A stretch of 64,000 bases of DNA from Selaginella moellendorffii (taxonomy: Eukaryota; Plantae; Lycopodiophyta). The DNA lies in NCBI RefSeq assembly GCF_000143415.4, contig NW_003314265.1:3055181-3119180 (forward strand), in the 5' to 3' direction. The position numbers and the translations under genes are program-made. Below the pieces are notes generated by a model. It did not search any database and had not been told where the DNA came from. It saw nothing but the letters and a program-made list of their open reading frames with translations. This document shows positions 11,701 through 25,430 of this stretch, piece by piece. The number at the start of each line of letters is the position of its first letter. Positions within the stretch are counted from its first letter, which is position 1.

Positions 11701-12954
11701 AGATGGACCTAAGATGGAGTCTAAGATGGACCCGAGATGGAGTCCGAGATGGAGTCCGAGATGGAATCTGAGATGGGGTCCGAGAAGGACCCGAGATGGA
11801 GTCCGAAATCGAGATCGAGACCGAGACCAGGACCGAGACTGGGACCGGGACCGGGACCGAGACCGAGGCCGAGGTCAAGGCCGAGACAGAGCCCAAGCCC
11901 AAGTCCGAGTCCGAGTCTAAGTCCAAGTCCAAGTCCAAGTCCAAATCCAAGTTCGAGTCTGAGGGGGTGAAAGCCCAAAGTGTTTGTCTCCAAACCCTGG
12001 GGGGTTTGGTGAGCTCCAAAAGTATGGTAGGGGGAGGACTCTAGTGGAGCCAATTTGGCTAAGAAAGGCCAGTTTGTCCCAGGAAGGTTGTACCCAGGTG
12101 TTGGGTGATGGGGTAACCACTGGGAAGTCCAAAACTAAAGTGAATACGGACTGACAAGCAGAGTAGCTTGGTGAAGTGTTCAAGAGCTAGCTTTAGTTCC
12201 CCCGGGAGATCGAATGGTCGATGCTCCTAATCCATGGGTCGCACTACCTACTTGGATATCTAGCATGGCTCAACAGAACCTTGCTCTAAGCCCATGGCTA
12301 GAACACCCAAAGGTGGAAGGCGGGGAGAGTACCCATGAGGCTCGCGTAGGGCCACGGTATTCCGAAATGTTGTCCCAAAGGCCCAGACTATGGAAAGGAA
12401 GAGGAGTAGTCCTCTAGTGTAGTGACCAAGGATACAGTTGGGTGGTGAGGAAGTCCCAGAGGACCGTGGGACTTAGTGGTCGGGCTTGTGGGCCTCGATC
12501 CAGTGGCAGTGTTGGCGAACACAGCCATGGGCAAAAAGTGACTTAGTGGGGACCAAAAAAGGGATATTGGGGAAGGTTATTCCCCATGCTTGTGGGCATC
12601 CTATGGATGCTAGGGAGTGAATTTGGGATGATCACTCATGGACAGATAGCCCAGTTTTTGAGAGACGGGACTGTGATATAGGTGGTGTCAGACCACCGGT
12701 GTGACCAAAGTGAATGGGCATGGCCTTAGCATAACAAGTTGATATGTCGGTGGTACCTTGGGGTGTTGGTCATGGGATCGAACACGTGGAGCACTTGGGC
12801 CAAATGCCAAGTTTGAGTGGCAGGGATGCCATTCTTGGGGCTAGCAAGCCCAAGTCTGGAATAGGACTTATGGAGGTTGTGAGTGAGCCTCCTTCAAGTG
12901 GTTGGAAGTGTGATTAAGTGACTAAAGTAGAATGGAAAAATTTAGTCGCCTACA
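8760..12954 (+). mobile_element. 5'-truncated older copy of the LARD-like LTR element (internal region + 3' LTR ~11400-12954)
   Basis: Reverse-complement match to 43737-48260. PPT-like GCGTGGTGGAG at ~11388-11398. The LTR ends ...TTTAGTCGCCTACA at 12954 and carries the minisatellite at ~11605-11960. Confidence 0.9.
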
Positions 12955-13756
12955 GGCCACTAATATATTGAAATAGTACCAAATTCTATTTGATTATATT
13001 ATGCATGTTGATTTTGACATTAGAATGCTATATGTTCTAAGACTGTTCCTATGTTACTTTATGCTTTTGTCTCTTCACTCATTAGGTTATACAGTCATAA
13101 ATTATTCCATACTCCACTTCTTTCGCTCCTTAATTCCATGCTTAAAAATTTAGTTTTGTCCTTTATTCAATGGCCTATGGCCCTGAAACTCAAGTTGCAC
13201 TCTATTGCCCTTAGATATATAGCATATAACACATAAAGTTATACTTTATGGTTATCCTATGGTAAATTACCATAAAGTAAAAGGTGAAAACCATGTCTTT
13301 CATGCAACACAATACTTTCCAACTTGCAAATGTTAAAGCCAAGGCAGAAGAGTGCAACACAAAGTAAGTTTTTGTTTGCTCCTTGTGTTTTCTTAATCAT
13401 TGGGCACACAAGTATGCCATGAATCTACTTGCAATAGATGTGGATGAGTTGGGCAATTTTCTCAACTCAAAGTTCAGTACTATAGCTGGCATTGATTTCA
13501 AGGACTTGGTGTGTGATGAGAAGATAGATAGTTGTGGAATCATGGGGTTTGGTACATTCAACTGGGTGGCTTTAGGGCTGAAACATGGTACTGCTGGAGG
13601 TATTGTGTATGGTAGACACTGCCAAAAATGCCGACAATCCCTCTACAAACCTTGCTTCAGCTGAAGGCAATAGAGGTTGCATTGAAGTTCATTCTCCAAT
13701 TGGTGAGAACAAAACAAAACAGCCAAGGGGTAGTGGTGACAAAGCATTTTATTAGA

Positions 13757-14740
13757 CCAGACTGTGGACGACAAATGCTTTTCAATGTCCACTCCAATCC
13801 AGTCCCAGCCAACAAGGAGCTTCCCATCAACTTGCAGTACGTGTGCTACCTGGACGAGTTTGTGGTGGGAGTCAGGGTGTCAAGGGCCTTTGCCGAGAGA
13901 ATACAGGCTCTGGTACTAAAGTTCATGAAGATGGAGCTTCATCTGGAGCCAGACTACGCTTCGTACGTGGGTCGACTCTTTTCTTTGACGTATAATCCCC
14001 GGACAGAAGCAAAAAGGCTGGAGAAATGCTGGAGGAGCAAGTTCCGGAACGTCAAGCTGAGAGAACTTCGCAAGCGGGTGTGGTCAGACAGGATGAAGAG
14101 ATTGATGCTGCATGCCTGGATGGTGGGACTCCGAAAAATAAGTCAGGAGTTCCTGGACTGGAACAGTGCAAGAGCATGGTCCGTCTAAAATCCGAGAATA
14201 TGGTCAGGGACTTGGCCATTGCCAAGTTGAGGAGTGGAATGACCAGGCTAGCCGTGGAAGAGCTACTCAACACCGAGAATATTGTGTTCTACAACATGTC
14301 TGCCATTGGGATCCTGGAGGAGATAACCAAGGCGCATCAACACTTGACGGACTTGCTCGAGAAGCACTACAGGGAGATCCAAAGCCAGTCCTGCCGAAGA
14401 ACAAGTCCAAGAGACTGGAGGTGGTATGGAGCTCTTCCAATTCGGCTCATTGCACCGCTTGACACCATCACGGCCAAGCTGCGCTACATCGGAATGATCA
14501 AGCTGATGCTGTTTGCTCGTTTCTCAATGCTCCGGACGAGTCCATCGTCTCTTACTTCCTACACTCTGCTCGCCTACTACCGCTGCTCTGACAATTACAT
14601 CAAAGTGAAGCGTGGTTGGCAATCACCACCTTGGCTGCCAAGCACCAAGAAAACCATTAAGGGAGGACCAGCGTCCCTGGCATCTCTCGGTTTGGAACAA
14701 TGAACAAAGCTTCAGCACATCAGGTCTTCTGCAGGATCCC
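13757..14740 (+). pseudogene. Deleted partial duplicate of the maturase gene (RT5 to domain X, plus a shrunken last intron)
   Basis: Near-identical to ~61227-62458 (NVHSNPVPANKELPINLQYVCYLDEFVVGV; YGALPIRLIAPLDTI), with many small deletions and frameshifts. Confidence 0.92.
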
Positions 14741-14818
14741 ATATATTGTTTTTTTTTGAAAATATCATCTAGGGCTCTTGAAAAACTGTGAGCGGAGAAT
14801 GCAGTGCCTTGCGGCCCA

Positions 14819-15090
14819 TGGCGGCATCCAGCCATGGAGCTCCAGCAGCCACAGCTGCAATGAGCAGCTTGTCAGCGGACTTGGAGTTGGAAATCCTGTC
14901 GTGGCTGTCAGCCCGTGACGCAGTGCGGGCGCAGCTGGTGTGCAAAGGCCAAGCGTTTGGAAGCTTGCCTGTAGACCACATTTGAGGTCTCCCCGTTTTC
15001 TTGTTCACAGCAGGAGCGTGTGGCGGCCGCGTCCCGCCAGCCGCTTGAAGAATGGATCTTCGCGCATCAGCCAGGCCCGCACAGCTACGC
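14819..15090. pseudogene. Scrambled F-box gene fragment: N-terminal F-box on + (14819-14950), downstream part inverted (14968-15085)
   Basis: MSSLSADLELEILSWLSARDAVRAQLVCK is an F-box motif. The segment 14968-15085 is the reverse complement of ~57617-57740. Confidence 0.7.
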
Positions 15091-15224
15091 GCGAAAGGAG
15101 CTTTTAAAAGAGCCTTAGGTAGAATATTCTCACACACACACAAAAGATCCGTTCATCGTGCTGTAATAAGCATATACCTGGAAACCTAGGAAATTGATGA
15201 ATTTCGACCTGGCTGCCTGGCTGG

Positions 15225-15436
15225 GATTCTGGGATTGCTGTCGCCTCGCGATGTGGGAGGCTGGCCCTCGTCAACAAGACGTGTCGCCATCGGACGCTGT
15301 GTGGAGGCGAATGCTGAAGGAAGTGGTGCGCGATGGCGCCAGGGGCGGGAGTGCGATGGATGTCTACGAGAGGCTCTCTGTGGGGGTGTTCGTGGAGGAG
15401 GACAAGGACAAGGACAAACCCAGGTATGGTGGATAG
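15225..15436 (+). pseudogene. Second F-box-like gene fragment (frameshifted)
   Basis: Pieced frames read ILGLLSPRDVG...LVNKT...SDAVWRRML, typical of a plant F-box N-terminus. Confidence 0.5.
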
Positions 15437-15489
15437 AAGAGATTTTCTCTACTCATGGGAAAATGCGTAGCATTGACTTGTCCAGAGCA

Positions 15490-15985
15490 TTGAGAAACGA
15501 GCAAACAGCATCGGGGCGGATGGAGTCGGGCTTGATCATTCTGATGTTGCGCAGCTCGGCCATGATGGTGTGAAGGAGTGCAATGAGCCGAATTGGAAGA
15601 GCTCAATCTCACGAGGTTTAAAATTAACCCTTTACGTCAAGGCTTCTCAAGTCCGTCAAGTGTTGACAGGCCTTGGTGGACAAGCCTTGGTGGATCCCGA
15701 TGGCTGACGTTCTCAGTGTTGTGTAGCTCTTCCACTGCCAGCCTTGTCATCCACTCCTCAGCTTGGCAATGGCGAAGTCCCTAACCATGCTATTGCACTG
15801 TTCCAGCTCTGGGAGCTCCTGACTTACTTTTCAGAGTCCCAACATCCACACATGCACCGTCAATCTCTTCATCCTGTCTGCCTGCGAAGTTCCCTCAGCT
15901 TGACGTCACAGAGCGTTTCTCCAGCCTTTTTGCTTCTGTCCTGGATACTTAGCAGTCGTGATCCTCATCCCAAGGAAAAGAGACA
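15490..15985 (-). pseudogene. Second, inverted and more eroded partial duplicate of the maturase gene
   Basis: Reverse complement of ~61455-62070, e.g. GGCGGATGGAGTCGGGCTTGATCATT and ATCCTCATCCCAAGGAAAAG. Confidence 0.88.
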
Positions 15986-18169
15986 ACTAGAAGCTTATTT
16001 GTTCAGGCTGAAATAATCAACCACTAGATGAAAAGAGCCATCTTTTCTTGATGCATCTCAAGTGTATCAATAGGAGATCAAGAATGTTGAATAAACCTTT
16101 GAAAAGGTTTTGCTTGATATATCTATGTAATGCTTTTAACTCCACTAGTGAAGATTATAAATTGGATTAAATGATGGTGACTTCCCTTCCATAAACATTC
16201 ATGTTAGCATTTGGAAGAAAGAGCTAGCTTGTTTGCAACACAAGAAGATGATAGATGATTAGCTATGGTGAAAATAAATCACAATGACTAACTCAGCTAA
16301 TTGGAGAGGAAAAATGACTTAGAAAAGAAGAGAAGAAAAGAAAATGTTAATCAAATTGTTTCAATTAACGTCACACTAAGAAGACCAATAATGATGAAAG
16401 TTTGTGGTATTGAGATAATGTTGAAATAGATATTAGAACAAGTCTCAAATGCCGTCACCTCCACCAGCTTAATTTTGTATGTGATGGAGATATATTGACC
16501 ATCCACCACTTTAACATAAATTCAATATTGTGGTCGTTAAAGGAGAATGCATAAGAAATTACACACTCTTAGTTATAAAAGACTAAAAATGAGCAATAAT
16601 ATAAAAAAGTTTGGAGATTTGAGAAGGAATATAGCCAAGATGAGAAAGAACAAAGGAGTTGTTTAGTCCAATAGCCCTAATTAGATTGGATGTTTGTGTT
16701 ATTGGAACTAGAAGTGCAACATCCAATGAGGACGACAAAGATAGTACTCTTCAAAGTGGTTTGCATATTTACAATACATTTAGAGGTGGTTTTCAATCTA
16801 GGGTTATTGTTCAACATTGAAGACATGCTATTAACAAATGGCTTCAATCTCCATTAGAACTATGTTTTGTTCATGGATAAAAAACAAAAGTTTGATAACA
16901 AAGATCCAATTGACATTTTTACAAATGATTGTCACAACAAATAATAGGATTTATGGCCAAGCTAGAAAGAAATAATTGATCACACAATAATCTATAAGAA
17001 AGAGGATAACCACATAAAACAATGTATCAATGAACTATAATCTTTGAGCTATAAAAAATTATATGGAAAAACCATATGAAAGAATAAGAAACAGAGCATA
17101 TATATTTTTTTATATAATGCTGAAAAAAACCATACCAAAATTTGCCACATACCATCCACCAATTTGAACTTGTATGGTTTATAAATATATGTATATATAT
17201 ACATGTATTACCATAGCTAAGTAATTATAGTATTATAGTATATAAACCATCCATTTGGGACTAAATCTGATTCATTTATTCTTGTATATGAATAGGGGTT
17301 TAAACCTCAATTAATATATTTATTCTTATATTTTGAGCACTCTGGTGGAGGAGAGAGGCATTGCAATTTATCCTTAAAGGGCAAAGTTTTTTGGCAATGC
17401 TTTACTCTAATGTTTGAGATTGTGCTTTTTATCCTTATTTCCTCATTCTCTTTTAGATTTAGATCTATATTAGCTTTTTGCAAGATCTAGAATTTTAGAT
17501 ATTATTGTGTTTAAGTCTATTCTTTCTTCTAATCTTCATTGCATTCTCTTCTTCTACCATACCATGCTATCATTGATTAAAGAATATATCACTTAAACTT
17601 GTTGATATTATTTTATTGGATTGAACTTTTGGTGCTGTGGGGTGTGATCATATTGGTATTACACCTATCCTTGGTGTGTTGGTGTCTCTATTTTTTGTGG
17701 GATGTGATTATATAGTTTGTTATATTTTTGGTGTTCTACCATTTCCTATTAATGTGGAGTGTGATCGTGATATTGATTGGTAAGCTATGGATGATGTAGT
17801 TTGGTACTTGAAGAATATCCAAAGATTGAGTTTATGGAAAAAAAATATTTACAAGCTTGAATGGATTATAAATTGTGATAACAAGTTTGATTATTATGGA
17901 GATAACTTTGGAAATGAAAAGATTTTATAAGATAGGTGTTAATCCTTCAATCTGCCATCTGATCCTTTTTTTTTTTACCTTTTGCTCTTTAATAACCTTT
18001 TCTTATTTCTTAGCTTGAGCCACTTTCTCATATTTTTAATGTTTTTTCCTCATCTACAATGTTTCCTTCTCTTGGCATATCGATCATTTGTGACTTTTAT
18101 GATTCTCATTCTCAGTCTAGTGTTGAGTTGAGTATTTTATGTCTTCCTCATACTAATCTAAATGTTAAG

Positions 18170-18545
18170 TATATGCATGAAGTTGAGAATCTTGCTTTTA
18201 TTTCATTGGTAGAATCTTTGATCAATTCTAGTGTTGAGTATTTCCTTATTTTAAGGCTTGAGTCATATTGGCTAGTGTTTTGGGTTGAATGTGTATCCCC
18301 ACTTGTGAGTGCCATTAAAAGCCTTTATTTTACCATTGTTGTTAAGGAAGTTATGCATTCTCTTAAGAGTGTGAATATTATTATTAATTTTCCTATATCA
18401 AGTGTTGAGTTGTGTATTGAAGAGGTTGAGTAATGTGAATCTTTTACTTATATTGTGGTGGCTAAAGTATTTTATGATAGAAAGTCCCCTATTTTCCAAG
18501 CTTTGAGCACATGTCCTTCTTTTAATTTCCTCATTTCTATATTAA
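18170..18545 (+). repeat. Dispersed repeat, diverged copy at ~36140-36545
   Basis: Shared blocks GTTGAGAAT.TTG..TTT.TTTCATTGGTAGA.TCTTTGAT, TTTACCATTG.T.TT.AGGA and CCAAGCTTTGAG. Confidence 0.65.
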
Positions 18546-18570
18546 TTTCCCCAAGCCTTTAATTTCCCCA

Positions 18571-19132
18571 CTCGAGAGATGATCTATAAAGGTTCAAATA
18601 TAAAGGGAAGAGCCCATAAATAAGAGTGCAACTTTTTTTTTAATCAATTAAGGGTTTTAGGATATTTGGGGTTAAACATCTTTGGATTTGAGTAATATTG
18701 GGTTAAGTGACCTTTTGAGAAGTCTAAATTCAAAAATTTACATTTGGTATCAAAGTAATCTTGAATTCAACTCTGTTGGTTGGCTAAGGGAATCACACCA
18801 CATATTAAAGTTGATATCTAGCAAGTCAAATTTGCTTTAGTTGGGCTCAACCCGAGGGGTAGGGTGTTAAAAGAGCAAGGCTCTTGAGAGAGCTATGGCT
18901 CTTAACTTTTGTTCACGAGGGCATAAATTTGTAGGGAAGTATGGTGGATTGTAAGCAACCAAAAAAATTGACTCAAGAGATGATTCATAAAAGTTCAAAT
19001 ATAAAGGGAAAGGACCCATGAACATTTTTTTCCAATCGATTAAGGATATTGGGATATTTGGGGTTAAACATTCTTAAATCTGTAGTATTGGGTTGAGTGA
19101 CCTCTTGGGATGTCTAAATTCAAGAGTTTACA
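18571..19132 (+). mobile_element. Degenerate Cassandra TRIM
   Basis: AT-shifted copy of 49215-49787: truncated 5' TDR to 18742, PBS TGGTATCAAAG, PPT, and 3' TDR 18950-19132. Confidence 0.85.
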
Positions 19133-20120
19133 GCCAATTGTTTTAAATTCTTTTTTTAATATTTTTTATACACTTTTTCTTCTTCTACAATGGGTTTTTC
19201 TCAATTTTCTTGCTTTCTTTTTTTTGCTCTAACACTTCAAATTTTTTATTCTTCAGAGGAGGAGGTAAAGAGGACCTACAGGAGTCTAGCCCCAACAATG
19301 GAGTGAGGATAAGTGGATATGATTGTGGAGTGAGGATAAACAATATAGATTATGAAGTGAGGATAAGTATATTAAGTCTGAATGGAACATCTAACCCTGA
19401 CGTAATGAGGTTGAATATATGCAATAGTGCAGTGAGGCTAAATATAGATGGTGGAGTGAAAACAAGTGTAGTGAGTCTAAATAGAGCCAGTGCTTCAAGA
19501 CATTTTCTTTTAAGGAGGGGATAAAGAAGATGTGGAGGACAAATGGAATGAGTCTAATCTCCCATATGTGGTGTTAGCAAAGACAAAGGTCATAAATTTG
19601 AGTTAACATAGGTCTTAGATGTTAATAAAAGGGTAGATGTAGAGACAAGTTTTACTTATGGTTGTAAGTATAAGTTAATAGTGGTCTCAAAGGATTATTA
19701 GTAAGTAGACTTAAACATATGATATATTTTTTGTTGCAATAGCATTTCATAGATTGTAGTGGTTCTCGAAGTCTCATTTGGAGGAAGATTGGGAAGGGAG
19801 GATTTTTGGTTTTAGTGACAGGGATTGTTACCACAATTTGGAGCTAGCAGCCAAATAGGGTTGATTCAGTGTTATACGCATAAGGGATCTATATATCTCC
19901 TCTCCAATGCCTGCTTTGGAGTTTGCTCCCTTAGGAGGAGGTTCATGCCCTTTCTCTAGTCCCTATTGCAGGGCTAAAATTAGTCGAAGATGAGCTAGTG
20001 CACTTGTCTTATATGAGAGGCAAGGTAGCATACTTTAGCCTTGAGTTGGAGGATGTTCACACCTTGCTTAAAGGTACGAATTGGAACTTCATTGCGATTG
20101 GACATTGTTTTGGGACTAGA

Positions 20121-20920
20121 TGTAGCACACCTTATCTCTCTCCCCTTAAGCCAACTGAAAAAGGGGCAATTGCTTAATGAAAAAGCTCTTAGTGGCTATT
20201 TTATCCTTATTTATCCCCCAAGGTTCCAAGGATCCATGATGACAGTATATCCAAATCTCATCCCATGATCACATACGCTACACTCACCCCCCCTTCAGAG
20301 ATGTCAATGTCTTCATTGACTATTGACTAACAACCCCTATTGAGCCAAGGGGAACTAGCACCTCCATTTCCGCACTCAATCTACCAATCCTTCCATTGTA
20401 TAGACCAGTTATTCCATGTGAGGTAACTAGTCATCCACCCGTACTGCAGTCCCACGGTGGATACCTTCATCTTTGGGATGCTCCACAAGAAGGACGTACG
20501 CATGGATGCCCAATACGTACGATTTTCAAATTTAGGGGTGCTTAAGAGTATATTATATTTTAGGTAGCCACTAATCAATGGGAATCAAACCTCCATTTCC
20601 GCACTCAATCTACCAATTCTTCCATTGTATAGACCAGTTATTCCATGTGAGGTAACTAGTCATCCACCCGTACTGCAGTCCCACGGTGGATACCTTCATC
20701 TTTGGGATGCTCCACAAGAAGAAGGACGTACGCATGGATGCCCAACTCTGATACCAACTGTAGCGCACCTTATCTCTCTCCCCTTAAGCCAACTGGAAAA
20801 GGGGCAATTACTTGATGAGAGAGCCCTTAGTGGTTATTTTATCCCCATTTATCCCCCAAGGTTCCAAGGATCCATAGTGACAGTATATCCAAATCTCATC
20901 CCATGATCACATGCGCTACA
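20121..20920 (-). mobile_element. TRIM family B copy with an internal ~150-bp duplication
   Basis: 162-bp TDRs at 20121-20282 and 20759-20920 (TG..CA). PBS CTCTGATACCA at ~20746-20756 and a PPT next to 20283. TSD CTAGA/CTGGA. Duplicated block ~20360-20512 / ~20590-20743. Confidence 0.92.
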
Positions 20921-21639
20921 CTGGAAGCAGGTTGGTGGTGGAGCGCTCCATGACAAGTCTTGCAAGTCATGGGTAGTAGGTGGCTTCAAGTTTTGCGGTG
21001 GAGTCACTTAGGAGGCGGACGACCTAGAGCAGCGCCGGGCGTTCATGCTCATGGTTTCGTTAGTTTCTTTGAGAGTGCACTCTCAATTTTGTATTAGTCT
21101 CTAAGGGACTTGGAGTAATGTACTTATATGTTGCCTTTTTACTTTAATTCAAAGTTATGGCTTCGAGGTTGGTTTGAGCATTTGATTGTTACATATAGAG
21201 TTGTAACTGATTCATTGGGATTTTGTAGTCAACTGATGCTTGTGCCATGGCTTTCGGTTTTGTTCCAATCATGGTTGTCAACAACTTTGTTAGTGGTTTT
21301 ATAGGAGCTTCAAATTCTTATGGTAGTTTATAATCACCTAACAGAAGCTCCAAATGTTCCATTTAACTTATTGCCATCATCTTTTCATTTTCTGAAGGGG
21401 AGGATAGTGTAAAGTTTGTAAATATATGTATGTATATACATGTATTACCCTGGCTAAGTAATACATTCATTATAGTACTATAGCATATGGACCGTTTATT
21501 TGGGACTATATTTGATCCATCCATTCTTGTATATAAATAGGGGTTTAAACCCCAACTAATATACCTATTCTTATATCATGAGCACTCACAAACTTAATAT
21601 ATAAAAAGATATTCCAAAACCACATTAGCATGCTGATTA

Positions 21640-22290
21640 AAGTGTATAGGAAGTGTGGGAGCCTAGAAGGTGATGGATAAACTTAAGCCTCAAAATATGG
21701 AACTATAGATAGTGATAATTCCTTTGCTATCTTACCTTGCCAAGCAATTGGCCATAGTTTGAGCTGATGGATCTTGAGGGTGACAGGCCAAGCAAGATGA
21801 CTTTCATGGCCATCTTGAGAGCTTGAAAGGATCATCCAGAAGGGAGGAATCCTCCACCATTTGATCCAAGAAAGAGGACTTGAGTCAAATGTCGACATTA
21901 GAACAAGCCTTGTAAACATATTAGTGAGGTGGGGAGATGCAAGAAGTGTGCTCCCAGATGGAAGCTTACGACATCTTGTCATGGAATTGCATGCTAGTGG
22001 CATACTCAGGAGAAATCTCTGCCTGCAAGATGCTGGTCAAAAGTGTGAAACCAAACAAGCTCACACTCAACACTGTCATCAATGCTTGTGAAAGTTTGAA
22101 GGCTTAGATGCTACGGGAAGCTGGAGGCAGCATTGGAGATCTTTGAGGCTGCCAGCTTGAGACAATAACTTGGAACATCATGATCACATCTCTTAGAGAT
22201 CATTCTTCTTGGCAGGCTGTGATGGGATTCTTCTAAAAAATGCAGCAAGAAATGGCACTGATTGACCCAAGTAACTCTTCTCACCATGCT
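21640..22290 (+). pseudogene. PLS-class PPR gene remnant
   Basis: Fragments such as ILHHLIQERGLESNVDIRTSLVN, LVxWNCMLVAYS, VKPNKLTLNTVINAC and ITWNIMITS, broken by stops and frameshifts. Confidence 0.7.
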
Positions 22291-23521
22291 TGGGTGAGAA
22301 ATCAGTCAGCATAGGAGTGGAGCATGAACAAATTAGTCAGCATGGAGCACCCAATAGGGAAAGCAAATACATCAGTCAGCGTGGGGCACCCAAGTGGGAA
22401 CATGAAGAAATAGAACTTTCGTGTTGTTATGCGATACAACATATCCATAGCCTTGTGAAATGAAACAAGCATAAGAAACGAACTGTTTCCAAAGCGCCAG
22501 CAAAGTTACTACCTTCAACAATAGCCAATGTGAGGATGCCAATTGGAAACACAAACAAGCCTGTCATATGATGAGTTATTTTGTTCCTTCCTATTTTCCT
22601 TCCACAAATCTTACTTTCTTTGTCTCCATGTTGTTCCCTATCATTTCCAGATTGGACACTCCAGCCACTTCCAATCAATTTGCAAGTGCAGGTGGAGATG
22701 TAGTTGATCTTTGACCTCCATACATACCCTTGGCTCATAGCCATATTGAATAGGAGTGCATGGAATTACTAAGTTGGAATAAGATAGAGAACAACGATGG
22801 AGGTCCAAGCTTGAGTTGAGCTCTATTAAGCTCAAGTCAATGCTAGTCAACATAGTCAACCATAAGTCTTATAAAATAATGTCAGGTCAGAGAAATGTTA
22901 CTCTTTGGTGAATTTGAAATTCATGAATTGTCAATGGTTTAGAGAAATTTCTATTTTTTGATTCTTTCTAATGTAACCTATACAATAAAATATTGATTGC
23001 GTAGTTTCTAGATTTAGAAGTTCATTTGAACCTATGGAAATTTTTGTGATTTTTTAATCCCAAATAAAAATGAGAATATTGAAGTTTGAACGAACTTGAA
23101 ATTTCTATTGTATGATATATTTTGACATTTTAGAAATTGACCAAAAATATATAAATAATTCAAAACATTGATTCACTCATTCATTCTTTGGGGTTTACAA
23201 AGATGAGAAGTAAGGAAGACAAAAAATCTGTGAATAGTTCTAGTATACAAAAATGTAAAAATGTTAATTTTTTTTCACTACCACAATTTCTATATTACAT
23301 TCTTGGTCCTTATTACCCATTCGAGAATGTGGAGACCATTATCATTATTAATAAAAACGTTTCTATTACTTCCAAAATAATAGCCTAGAGTAAAAAAAAA
23401 AAAAGAAATGGATAGTACAGTGGATATCACTATTGTAATCCGCTATAATATTATAAAGAAATATTTTATTTAATATATATCCTATTCCACTTGATATATT
23501 ATATTTTTGCAAGGAGTATAA

Positions 23522-25393
23522 TGTAATTGACTAAATTTTCCATTCTACTTTAGTTACTTAACTACAATTCTGACCAGTTAGAGGAGTCTCACTCACAACC
23601 TCTATAAATTTTATTTCGGACTTGGGGCTCGCTAGCTCTGAGAATGGCATCCATGCCACTCAACCTTTACACTTGGTCAAAGTGCTCTACATGTCTGATC
23701 TCGTGACCAATACCCCAAGGTACCACCGATATATTAACCCGTTATGCTAAGGCCATGCCCATTCACCTTGGTCACACGAGTGGTCCAACACCACCTGTAT
23801 CGTAGTCTTATCTTTCAAAGACTGGGCTATCTGTCCATGAGTGATCATTCTAGATCCACTCCTTAGCATCCTTAAGATGCCCGCAAATATGGGGAATAAC
23901 TTTTCCCAATATCTCTTTTCCAGTCCCAACCAAGTCTTTTTCTATCCATAGCCGTGTTCACCAACACTGCTACTGGACCAAGGTCCACAAGCCCAACCAT
24001 AAGTCCCTTTGTTCTTTAAGACTTCCTTGTCATGTGATTGCATCCTTAGTCACTACACTAGAGGATTGCTCCTCTTCTTTTCCACCATCTAGGACTCTGG
24101 GACAACATTTCTAAACACTGAGGCCCTACATGAGCCTCGTGGGTACTCTCCTCGCCTTCTGCCTTTGGGTGCTCTAGCCATGGGCTTAGAGCGAGGTTCC
24201 ATTGAGCTATGCCAGGTATTTAAGTAGGTAGTGCCACCTACGCTTGGACTAGGAGTATCAACTATTCGATCTCTCGGGAGAACTAAAGCCGGCTCTTGAA
24301 CACTGTAAGCGACTAAATTTTTCATTCTACTTTAGTCACTTAACCACACCTCCGACCACTTGGAGGAGTTTCATTCACAACCTCCATAAGTCCAATTCAG
24401 AACTTGGGACTTGCTAGCCCCGAGAATGGCATCCATGCCACTCAACATTTGCACTTGGTCCAAGTGCTCCACATGTCCGATCCCATGACCGACACTCAAA
24501 GGTACCACCGACATGGCAGCTTGTTACGCTAAGGCCATGCCCAATCACCTTTGCCACACTGGTAGTCCAATACCATTTGCATCACAGTCTTGGCTCTCCA
24601 AGACTAGGCAAACCATCCGTGAGTGGTCATCTCAGATCCACTCCTTAGCATCCTTAGGATGCCCACCGACAAGGGGAATAGCCTTCCCCAATATCCCTCT
24701 GTCAGTCCCCACTAAGTCCCTTTCTGCCCTTGGCTGTGTTTGCCAACACTGCCACTGGATCGAGGCCCACAGGCCCGACCACTAAGTCCCACGGTCCTCT
24801 GGGACTTCCTCACCACACGACTGTGTCCTTGGTCACTGCCCCAGAGGACTGCTCCTCTTCCTTTCCACAGTCTGGGCCTTTGGGACAACATTTCGGAACA
24901 CCGTGGCCTTACGCGAGCCACCTGGGTACTCTCCCCGCCTTCCGCACTTGGGTGCTCTAGCCATGGGCTTAGAGTGAGGTTCCGTTGAGCCACGCCTGGT
25001 ATCCAAGTAGGTAGTGCCACCCACATTTGGACTGGGAGCATCGGCCAGTCGATCTCCCGGGGGAACTAGAGCTGGCTCTTGAACACTTCACCAAGCTACC
25101 CAGCTTGTCGGTCCGTGTTCACTCTAGTCTTGGACTTCCCAATGGTTAGCTCATCACCCAACACTGGGTCTGGCCTGCCTGGGCCAAACTAGCCTTTCCT
25201 GGCCAAACTGGCTCCACTGGGCTCGAACCCCCACACTCTCCCTACTATACTTTTGGAAACCCCTGCAGGCCCCCCCCCCCCTAGGGGACGATCGCTTTGG
25301 GCTTTCACCCAACTGCCTGTATTAGTATTCGGACTCGGACTCGGACTCGGACTCGGACTTGGACTCGGTCTCGGTCCCGGATTCGGACTTGGA

Positions 25394-25430
<37 letters not shown>

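Larger units (their letters stand above)
17171..21590 (+). mobile_element. Old non-coding LTR element with ~170-180-bp LTRs (17171-17342 and 21408-21590), hosting two TRIM insertions
   Basis: Two diverged direct repeats run TGTA..GTTT.TAAATATATGTAT...GAGCACTC. TGG follows the 5' copy and a purine tract GAAGGGGAGGATAG precedes the 3' copy. AACT(T) flanks both ends. Confidence 0.6.
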
